Shown here: positions 25,237 through 32,000 of the stretch, one piece after another
How the letters are laid out: each line of letters begins with the position of its first letter
Numbering within the stretch: position 1 is the first letter of the stretch
From: an uncultured Chloroflexia bacterium
GTDB lineage: Bacteria; Chloroflexota; Anaerolineae; Anaerolineales; Anaerolineaceae
Direction of reading: 5' to 3'
Assembly: GCA_963704755.1 (NCBI GenBank)
Contig: OY969938.1
Coordinates: 1,290,001 to 1,322,000 of the forward strand
Length of the DNA stretch: 32,000 nt
Notes under the pieces: model-generated
Told to the model about the DNA's origin: nothing
Seen by the model: only the letters and a program-made list of their open reading frames with translations
Database searches by the model: none
Translations under genes and position numbers: made by a program

Positions 25237-25850
25237 GAGGGGTCCTTTCTACTGCTGTCGCCATCGCGGTGGGGATGGTGGTTCTGCTGGGGTACTTCTT
25301 TCCAAACACCAGCCTGGCCCTCCTGCGGGATACATTGATCAATTGGGCGATTATCATCGCCGCGGTGGCCGGTTTGGTTGCCATCCTCAACCTCTTGGGG
25401 GTCCACTGGCGCCGGCTCAACTCCGAACGCAGCCGTGATTACTACAGCATCCTTCTCCTGGCGGCATTTGCGACCACCCTGGTCGCCGGCATCAGCCTGG
25501 GACCCGCCGACGCCAGATTCCAACGGGTCGTGACGGATATCCAGATGCCGATCGAAGCCAGCCTGATGGCGGTATTGCTGGTCACCCTGGTCTTTGCCAG
25601 CATTCGCTTATTCCAACGCCGCACGGGTTGGATGCCCATCGTTTTTGCCATCAGCGCGGTCGTTTTTTTGGTGCTCGGCAGCGGGTATCTCTCCATCGGC
25701 AACAACATTCCCCTGGTCAAGACCCTGCTGTTCGCCCTGAATTCCCTGCCGGTAGCCGGCGCACGCGGGATTTTGCTGGGCATCGCCTTGGGCAGCCTGA
25801 CCACCGGGCTGCGCGTTCTGATTGGCAGCGATCGTCCCTACAATGGCTAA
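25233..25850 (+). CDS. Hypothetical polytopic membrane protein (about 5-6 TM)
   Basis: 205-aa ORF that is almost entirely hydrophobic helices. It shares an ATGA overlap with the upstream gene, and the next ATG follows a 3-nt gap. Confidence 0.7.
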   Translation: MRGVLSTAVAIAVGMVVLLGYFFPNTSLALLRDTLINWAIIIAAVAGLVAILNLLGVHWRRLNSERSRDYYSILLLAAFATTLVAGISLGPADARFQRVVTDIQMPIEASLMAVLLVTLVFASIRLFQRRTGWMPIVFAISAVVFLVLGSGYLSIGNNIPLVKTLLFALNSLPVAGARGILLGIALGSLTTGLRVLIGSDRPYNG

Positions 25851-25853
25851 CCT

Positions 25854-28823
25854 ATGAGCGAAGTTATTTGCCCTTACTGCGGTGCAACCAACAACTCGGA
25901 CGATTTTTATTGCCGCTCCTGTTTCCGTACCTTGCCGACAGAGGGCGAACCCCTCCAGACGCCTGACGGGGGCGAGGAAAACTGGCTTAACGGCCTGCGC
26001 GGATCGGCGAACGACCCGGAAGGCTCCGGTGATTCCGCCAAAAATAACACCCCCGGCGAAAACGAGAGAGGCGAGGGCGAGGAAATCCCGGACTGGTTAA
26101 AACGTATCCGTCAGCGCAACCAGGAAGAAAATGGTTCGCAAGAAGAACAAAAGACGGACGCAGGGTTGTTCGGGTCTTCTGAAGAAGATATTCCAGACTG
26201 GCTGAAGGAATTTCAGGCTACCAACGAAACGCCTGAAGAGAATGAGCCGGAAAACAACCCGGAAAATCCGAATGATTGGATCAACCCCTTCGAAGAAGCG
26301 GAACCCGCCCAGGAAGAGACTCAACCCGAAGACCAGACCGACTGGCTAAAAGACCTGGGTGGCCGCGAAACGGGCGAGAGCGAGGCAGAGGAAACCGGCG
26401 GCGCTGACTTGCCGGACTGGTTGGGAACGACCGGCGCAGAATCTGAGCCGAAAAACCAGCCGGATTCACCCGACCAGGGTGCAGAACAGCCGTCCGAGCA
26501 AGAGGATGATGACGATTGGCGAAAGATATTCCAGGACCAATCCACCCAGGCAGAGGAAAACCCGACGCCGGTAGAGGAAGAACAACCCGCTGGCGACGAG
26601 GAAGAGCCCGACTGGTTGAAGACTTTCCAGGCCACCCAGGAAGAATTTGAATCACAGGCAGAAGAAACAAGCGCTGCTGGTGAAGAGCAAAGCCCGGCCG
26701 GCGAAGAAGAACCGGACTGGCTGAAGCAGTTCCAGGACACTCAAGACCAACCGGATAAAGGCGAGGTAGATCGCACTCCTGCCGCAGGCGAGCAAACTTT
26801 GCCCGCAGCGGAAGATTCTGACCTGGACAAAATCTTTCCGGTCACCCAGGATGAGACAGCCGCGGATACAGAAGACGCTACATCTTCTGTGGAAGAGCCT
26901 GTTTCACCTGCAGAAGAGTCCGACTGGCGGGGATCCTTCCAGCCCCTGCCGGAAGAGCCCGCCCAGGCAGAGCCGGCCGGTGAAAACGCCTCACCTGAGG
27001 AAGAAACCCCGGATTGGCTGGCATCCCTTTCCGAATTACAGGGCCAGGATAGCCCGGCCCAGGAAAGCGAGCCGGCCCCGGATGACAGCCTGCTGCCGGA
27101 TTGGCTTCAATCCGCAGACACGGTAGAACCGGAAGGAACTTCGCCGGATACAGAGCCGGATAAAAGTAACATTCCTGACTGGCTGCAAACCCAACCAGGA
27201 GGCGAGACCACCCCGGATCAACCGGCCGCCGAAGAACCTGACCTTGATTGGCTTAGTTCGCTGCAAGACCTGGAACCCCTGGAAACCGAAGAACCCGGAC
27301 AGAGCGACGAAAATATCCAACCGGCCGAAGAACTGCCGGACTGGTTGGCCAGGCTGCGCACCCAAAAAGAAGAACCGGCTGCCCGGGACGAACCCGCCGT
27401 ACCGCCCTTCGAGCGGCACACGGATACGGCCGGGACCGGGTTCGAAGATTCAACGCCCAAAACGGTAAAGGATACCAGCATTCCGGGTGATCAAGAGCCT
27501 CATACCGGCAGCGAAACCGGGCCTGCAGCGGATACTGAAATGCCACAAGGCAGTTCAGAAGAAATGGATTTGCCGCCGCTCAACCTGAGCGACATGCAAG
27601 ACTGGTTCGAAGAAACCCCTGCGGACGAGACCACGCCTAAAGGAACCTCTGCGGATAAGACGGATTCCAGCCTGGAACCGGCCCAGTTGCCCGGCTGGTT
27701 GCAAGCCATGCGCCCGGTGGAATCGGCGATGCCCGAGCAAACCCAGGCCCCGGCCGATGCTCCCGAGGCTATCGAGGACAGCGGTCCGCTGGCAGGTTAC
27801 CAGGGGATTCTTCCCGGGAACTCGATGGTCACCCGCTACACCAGGCCGCCGGTCTATTCCTCCAGGCTGATGGTGACCGATAAACAGCAGTCCTACGCAT
27901 CTATGCTGGAAAACATGATCCGGGATGAAACCGAAGCCAAAGCCCCGGTCGGCGAACGGCGGATTGCCCCCCAGACGATCCTGCGAACCCTGATCGGCTT
28001 TGGGTTGGCGGTGATCCTGCTGGTGATCTTGTTCAGCGGATCTCACCTGGCGCCTCTGCCCACGCTCTACCCGCCCGAGACGGCGGCATTCTTCAATTCG
28101 GTCAAAACCATGCGCCTTTCCGGCAACCCGGCTCACGTGATGGTCGCGTTCGATTATGAAGCCGCCCTTTCAGGTGAGATGAATGCACTGGCTTCCGGCG
28201 TGCTGGATGACCTGGCCGGAAGCGCTGCCCGGATCGTCACGATTGCGGATGTTCCCGCCGGAACGGTTTTTGCCGATAACCTGTTGAACGCCACGGCCGC
28301 CGATACGCCTAATTATTCACTGGACAGCCTGACGGTCAATTTGGGATACCTGCCTGGTGGAACCACCGGCCTGGCTTCTTTGGCCGCCAACCCGGCCCTG
28401 GCCGCGCCATATAATTTGCAAGGGACCGGCGTCTGGACCCAGCCGGTCTTGTCTGGCCTGACCCGTCTCAGCGATTTCGACGGGATCCTGCTTCTGACAG
28501 ATAACCCCGAGAACGCCCGCGCCTGGATCGAGCAGATCAGCCCGGCCCTGGGGAAGACGCCTTTGCTGGTCATCGCCAGTGCCCAGGCTGCACCGATGAT
28601 CCAGCCATATTACCAAAGCGGCCAGGTCGCCGGCTTGCTGGCCGGGATGCAGGGCAGCGCTGCTTACGCTTCCCTTTCCGGCCGGAGCAGCGGAACGGTC
28701 AACAATTATTGGGACGCTTACCAAACCGGCCTGTTATTGGTCGTATTGATCATCCTGGTCGGTGGTTTAATCCAGGGAATACGCAGGTTTTCAACCAATC
28801 CAAAAACGGCCATCAAAGAGTAA
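25854..28823 (+). CDS. Zinc-ribbon / acidic PDWL-repeat / bitopic membrane protein (989 aa), function unknown
   Basis: CPYC-x10-CRSC at aa 6-23, an acidic low-complexity region at aa ~30-640 with 17 D/N/G-W motifs, a TM helix at aa ~708-727, a ~230-aa non-repetitive domain, and a C-terminal TM helix at aa ~958-976. Confidence 0.85.
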   Translation: MSEVICPYCGATNNSDDFYCRSCFRTLPTEGEPLQTPDGGEENWLNGLRGSANDPEGSGDSAKNNTPGENERGEGEEIPDWLKRIRQRNQEENGSQEEQKTDAGLFGSSEEDIPDWLKEFQATNETPEENEPENNPENPNDWINPFEEAEPAQEETQPEDQTDWLKDLGGRETGESEAEETGGADLPDWLGTTGAESEPKNQPDSPDQGAEQPSEQEDDDDWRKIFQDQSTQAEENPTPVEEEQPAGDEEEPDWLKTFQATQEEFESQAEETSAAGEEQSPAGEEEPDWLKQFQDTQDQPDKGEVDRTPAAGEQTLPAAEDSDLDKIFPVTQDETAADTEDATSSVEEPVSPAEESDWRGSFQPLPEEPAQAEPAGENASPEEETPDWLASLSELQGQDSPAQESEPAPDDSLLPDWLQSADTVEPEGTSPDTEPDKSNIPDWLQTQPGGETTPDQPAAEEPDLDWLSSLQDLEPLETEEPGQSDENIQPAEELPDWLARLRTQKEEPAARDEPAVPPFERHTDTAGTGFEDSTPKTVKDTSIPGDQEPHTGSETGPAADTEMPQGSSEEMDLPPLNLSDMQDWFEETPADETTPKGTSADKTDSSLEPAQLPGWLQAMRPVESAMPEQTQAPADAPEAIEDSGPLAGYQGILPGNSMVTRYTRPPVYSSRLMVTDKQQSYASMLENMIRDETEAKAPVGERRIAPQTILRTLIGFGLAVILLVILFSGSHLAPLPTLYPPETAAFFNSVKTMRLSGNPAHVMVAFDYEAALSGEMNALASGVLDDLAGSAARIVTIADVPAGTVFADNLLNATAADTPNYSLDSLTVNLGYLPGGTTGLASLAANPALAAPYNLQGTGVWTQPVLSGLTRLSDFDGILLLTDNPENARAWIEQISPALGKTPLLVIASAQAAPMIQPYYQSGQVAGLLAGMQGSAAYASLSGRSSGTVNNYWDAYQTGLLLVVLIILVGGLIQGIRRFSTNPKTAIKE
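25980..27704 (+). repeat. Degenerate coding repeats: about 17 acidic units of 22-37 aa, each anchored by (P)DW(L)
   Basis: Trp occurs at aa 44, 81, 116, 142, 164, 189, 222, 254, 289, 358, 388, 417, 443, 466, 497, 584 and 615. Nine of these are exact PDWL, and 15 of 17 Trp follow Asp. Confidence 0.85.
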
Positions 28824-28827
28824 CTTC

Positions 28828-29028
28828 ATGACTGACTTGCTCTGGACAATCGTTGCTTTTTTCCTGACCATCCTGGTTTTTAGTTATATCCTGGGTGACA
28901 ACCCCTTATTCCGAAATCGTCACCTACCTTTTCGTGGGTGTATCGGCCGGGTATGTGGCCGTTTTAATTTTCTACCAGGTCCTTCTGCCCCGCATATTCG
29001 TCCCGCTGTTGACGGCCTCCCTGGATGA
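28828..29028 (+). CDS. N-terminal piece of a polytopic membrane protein (frame 1; only about 28828-28908 looks coding)
   Basis: The ATG lies 4 nt after the upstream stop and encodes a clean TM helix (MTDLLWTIVAFFLTILVFSYILGDNP). After that the frame becomes Arg/Gly/Pro nonsense. Confidence 0.55.
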   Translation: MTDLLWTIVAFFLTILVFSYILGDNPLFRNRHLPFRGCIGRVCGRFNFLPGPSAPHIRPAVDGLPG

Positions 29029-29503
29029 AAAATTGTTGGTCCTGGTGCCGGTCTTTTTGAGCCTGCTGCTGGCGTTCAAACTGATGCCGCGCCTGAGCTT
29101 TATCGGCAACCCCTCCATGGCGTATCTGGTAGGGGTCGGCGCAGCAGTGGCCATTGGCGGAGCGGTCACCGGGACGATTTTTGGCCAGGTTCAAGGCGCG
29201 GTCAACACCTTTGCGGTTGCACCTGGGACCAATCTTTCGGACATGGCCGGCCAGGTGTTGGGTGGAGGTGTTTTACTGGTCGGTACAATTTCCAGCCTGG
29301 CGTATTTCCATTTCACCGGTTCTCGCAAGGCCAACCTGCAAGTTGTCCGCCCGTTCTGGATCGAAATCCTGGCCAAAGTCGGGCAGGTTTTCATTGCTAT
29401 TACCCTGGGCGCCTTGTTTGCCGGCGTTTTGGCCGCGGCCCTGGCTGCGATGATCGAGCGCCTGGATTTTATCCGCTCCTTTATCCAATTGTTCGTTCAT
29501 TGA
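28895..29503 (+). CDS. Main part of the same polytopic membrane protein (frame 2)
   Basis: Helices IVTYLFVGVSAGYVAVLIFYQVLL, LLVLVPVFLSLLLAF, AYLVGVGAAVAIGGAV, GGGVLLVGTISSLAYF and VFIAITLGALFAGVLAAALAAMI. The listed GTG start has no RBS, and the frame is open from 28868. Confidence 0.7.
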   Translation: MTTPYSEIVTYLFVGVSAGYVAVLIFYQVLLPRIFVPLLTASLDEKLLVLVPVFLSLLLAFKLMPRLSFIGNPSMAYLVGVGAAVAIGGAVTGTIFGQVQGAVNTFAVAPGTNLSDMAGQVLGGGVLLVGTISSLAYFHFTGSRKANLQVVRPFWIEILAKVGQVFIAITLGALFAGVLAAALAAMIERLDFIRSFIQLFVH

Positions 29504-29510
29504 AAAAGTT

Positions 29511-31232
29511 ATGAGTTCATCTCTCGTCGACGCACAATCTGTACTGGCAATCGATATTGGCTCCGTCCAAACCCGCGCTTTGCTATTTGATGTGGTGGAC
29601 GGAGAATACCGCTTTATCGGCGCCAACCGGGCAGCCAGCACGGCCAGCGCGCCATTTTACGATATTAGCGAAGGTATTCACCAGGCCATCTTGCACTTGC
29701 AGGACGTTACTGGCCGGTTATTTATCGAAGAAGAAAAACTGGTTTTGCCTTCCCGCTCGGATGGGGTTGGAGTAGACCAACTGGTCATCACTTTTTCCGC
29801 CGGTCCCCAGTTAAAAATGGTCGTACTGGGCTTGCTCGAAGACGTCTCCCTTAAATCGGCCCGCAGATTAGCCTCTTCCGCTCAGGTGATGGTGACCGAA
29901 GCGATCGGGCTAAATGACCGCCGCAAAGCCGAGGCCCAGATCGATGCAATTATCCAGGCCGAGCCCGACATCATCCTGATTGCCGGGGGCACCGACCAGG
30001 GTGCAACCCGTTCGGTCGCCAAGATCGTTGACCTGGTCAGCGTGGCCCTCCAGCTCTTGCCCGAAGACCGGCGGCCCGAGATCATTTACGCCGGTAATCA
30101 CAACCTGGCCCATAACGTCACCGACCTGTTGAGCAAGTATACCGAAATACAGGAAGCGCCCAACATCCGTCCAAGCATCGAAGTCGAGCATCTCGACCCG
30201 GCCCGGGCCGTGCTGGCCGACATCACCCGCCAGATCCGTACCCACCAGTTGGGTGGATTGCAATCCTACGCCTCGATTTGCGCCGTAGAGCCACAGCCGG
30301 TCGCGGTGGCCTTGGGCCGTTTGATCCGCTTCCTCTCGGGGATCAACAACTCGAAAAGAGGCGTTTTAGGCGTCAACCTGGGCGGCGGGGATACCATTAT
30401 CGCCAGCGCCCGGAATGGCCAGATGAACTTGAGCACCTTACCGGTCGGCCTGGGCGGTGGCCTGAGCAAGGCTTTGAACACCATTACCCTGGAAAACGTC
30501 GTCCGCTGGCTGCCCATGCACATTGCCGACGAGGTCGTGCGCGATTACCTCTACCAAAAGGCACTGGTCCCGTCGATTTTGCCGGCCACCCCGGAGACGC
30601 TGGCCATCGAACAAGCCGTCTCGCGTGAAATCATTGCGGCAGCTTTACGCAACCACCTCGGCAATTATCCCCAGAGCCCCATCGTATTCGAGCCGATCCT
30701 GGCAGCCGGATCGATCCTTTCTCAGGCTACCCCCGGGCAAAGCCTGCTCATCCTTCTGGATGGAATCCAGCCTTACGGGGTAACCACATTCATCCTCGAC
30801 CCCTACGGTCTCGCCCCGGCCCTGGGCGCAATAGCACCGGCGAACGCGCTCCTGCCGGTACAGGTGGTTGAATCGAATGCCTTTCTTAACCTGGGCACGG
30901 TCTTTAGCCCGATCAGCAACGCCAAATATGGCACGCCTATCCTCAAAGTGCGGGTCGAATACGAGGTCGGCGAAGATGTCAGCCTGGAAGTCCGGCAAGG
31001 GGGTATTACCGTATTACCCATCCAGCCAGGCCAGGCAGCGCGCGTGCACATGCAACCCTTGCGATCGCTGGAGATCGACCCCACTCGCCGGGAGATCCCC
31101 CGCAGCTATAAAATCATCGGCGGAGCCTGTGGGGCGATTATCGATACCCGTGGACGCCCGGTAGTGCTGCCGGCCGATACCCCCCGGCGACGTGATTTGC
31201 TCAAAAAGTGGCTGGCAGCCATGGGAGGCTAG
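29511..31232 (+). CDS. ASKHA (actin/Hsp70/sugar-kinase fold) ATPase, MutL/GlmL-like family
   Basis: Phosphate-1-like LAIDIGSVQTRALLFD (aa 12-27), IILIAGGTDQGATRSV (aa 154-169), and the second-lobe motif GVNLGGGDTIIASA (aa 287-300). Confidence 0.7.
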   Translation: MSSSLVDAQSVLAIDIGSVQTRALLFDVVDGEYRFIGANRAASTASAPFYDISEGIHQAILHLQDVTGRLFIEEEKLVLPSRSDGVGVDQLVITFSAGPQLKMVVLGLLEDVSLKSARRLASSAQVMVTEAIGLNDRRKAEAQIDAIIQAEPDIILIAGGTDQGATRSVAKIVDLVSVALQLLPEDRRPEIIYAGNHNLAHNVTDLLSKYTEIQEAPNIRPSIEVEHLDPARAVLADITRQIRTHQLGGLQSYASICAVEPQPVAVALGRLIRFLSGINNSKRGVLGVNLGGGDTIIASARNGQMNLSTLPVGLGGGLSKALNTITLENVVRWLPMHIADEVVRDYLYQKALVPSILPATPETLAIEQAVSREIIAAALRNHLGNYPQSPIVFEPILAAGSILSQATPGQSLLILLDGIQPYGVTTFILDPYGLAPALGAIAPANALLPVQVVESNAFLNLGTVFSPISNAKYGTPILKVRVEYEVGEDVSLEVRQGGITVLPIQPGQAARVHMQPLRSLEIDPTRREIPRSYKIIGGACGAIIDTRGRPVVLPADTPRRRDLLKKWLAAMGG

Positions 31233-31283
31233 CCTTGCGAGACGATGGTATGAATATTGCACCTACGAGCGAAAGGTAATGCG

Positions 31284-32000
31284 ATGATTGCTCCAGTAAC
31301 CCATATCCTGCCACTGACCCAGATCCGCCGTTCGCGGATGCTGCCTGTTAAAGGCCGCGTCCTGGTGCGAGTCGGCCAAAAGGTGAATGCTTCGGACGTG
31401 GTTGCCGAAGCGGATATGCCTGGGGCACACGTCATTATCGACGTACGGCGAATTTTTGGCATCCGCCGTCCGGAGCAATTGGTCCAGGTGATCGAACGCA
31501 AAGCCGGCGACCACGTGGAAATGGGAGATATCCTGGCTCAAACAGGCGGGATCCTTTCCAGAGTAATCCGGGCCCCAGCCAGTGGTAAAGTCATCGCCAT
31601 CCATCGCGGCCAGGTCATCCTGGAAAAAACCGGCAATCGCCTGGAACTCAAAGCCGGCTTGAATGGCGTCATTAGCGAAGTACTGCCGGAACGTGGGGTG
31701 ATCGTCGAGGCTAACGGTGCGCTCATCCAGGGTGCCTGGGGCAACGGCAAAATCAATCTTGGCATGTTGAATTTCATGCTGAAATCACCGGATGAGGAAT
31801 TAACCCGCTCCAACCTGGACGTGACCGCGCGAGGATCGGTCGTCATTGCCGGCTATGTCTCCCAGGCAGATACACTCCAGGCGGCCGATGAGTTAATTTT
31901 GCGTGGGTTGGTTTTGAGCAGTATGTCCTCGAGCCTGGTCGATATGGCGCTCAAAGTCAGCTATCCGATCGTCTTGATCGAGGGGTTTGGGCGGTCTCCA
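31284..32000 (+). CDS. Hypothetical protein with barrel-sandwich-hybrid (lipoyl/biotinyl-like) motifs; 3' end outside window
   Basis: The ATG at 31284 is preceded by AAAGG, and the frame stays open for 239 codons to the window end. The translation reads MIAPVTHILPLTQIRRSRMLPVKGRVLVRVGQKVNASDVVAEA...GDHVEMGDILAQ...APASGKVIAIHRGQVILE. This ORF is absent from the supplied track because it has no stop. Confidence 0.6.
   Translation, partial: MIAPVTHILPLTQIRRSRMLPVKGRVLVRVGQKVNASDVVAEADMPGAHVIIDVRRIFGIRRPEQLVQVIERKAGDHVEMGDILAQTGGILSRVIRAPASGKVIAIHRGQVILEKTGNRLELKAGLNGVISEVLPERGVIVEANGALIQGAWGNGKINLGMLNFMLKSPDEELTRSNLDVTARGSVVIAGYVSQADTLQAADELILRGLVLSSMSSSLVDMALKVSYPIVLIEGFGRSP

Noticed and set aside
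25980-27704. The periodic repeats might be a CRISPR array or a non-coding tandem repeat
   Set aside because: The region is one uninterrupted reading frame. The period is irregular (22-37 codons) and only a short peptide motif is conserved. There is no constant DNA repeat unit with unique spacers.
29511-31232. A glutamate-mutase (mesaconate pathway) locus, because of the MutL/GlmL-like protein
   Set aside because: No GlmS/GlmE or other B12-dependent mutase genes are present in the operon or elsewhere in the window.

Overview
A 32-kb stretch of a moderately GC-rich bacterial chromosome. The protein style suggests a Chloroflexota/Anaerolineae-like organism, but that is inference only. I support about 30 protein-coding genes and see no rRNA, tRNA, CRISPR array, transposase or integrase. 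From 1 to about 24100 the window holds a housekeeping/accessory mix: a partial M24 Xaa-Pro aminopeptidase, an MBL-fold hydrolase, a polytopic membrane protein, a membrane-anchored gluzincin protease, and a methyl-accepting chemotaxis protein with a C-terminal CZB zinc domain whose frame is broken. It continues with a YtxH protein, a TgpA-like transglutaminase (frame broken), an ATGA-coupled M20 peptidase/PfkB kinase pair, malic enzyme, the prfA-prmC-tsaC cluster, a NYN-nuclease/cold-shock-domain fusion, a MATE exporter, a patatin-like lipase and a PIG-L deacetylase. From 24236 to the window end lies a tightly coupled operon of at least 7 genes. It encodes several membrane proteins, a 989-aa zinc-ribbon protein with about 17 acidic PDWL repeats, a MutL/GlmL-like actin-fold (ASKHA) ATPase and a barrel-sandwich protein. 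None has pathway context, and this operon is my best candidate for an undescribed system. There are three apparent +1 reading-frame breaks, and two of them sit in a nearly identical 16-17 nt context around CCC-TTA-T. Almost every transcription-unit end carries a 17-32 bp (near-)perfect palindrome, and many of these share a CCCGAATTTG/AGGTGTTT-type sequence. There are also two candidate leaderless mRNAs with TGC-extended -10 boxes 7 nt from the ATG. All function calls come from motifs read by eye; no database search was possible.
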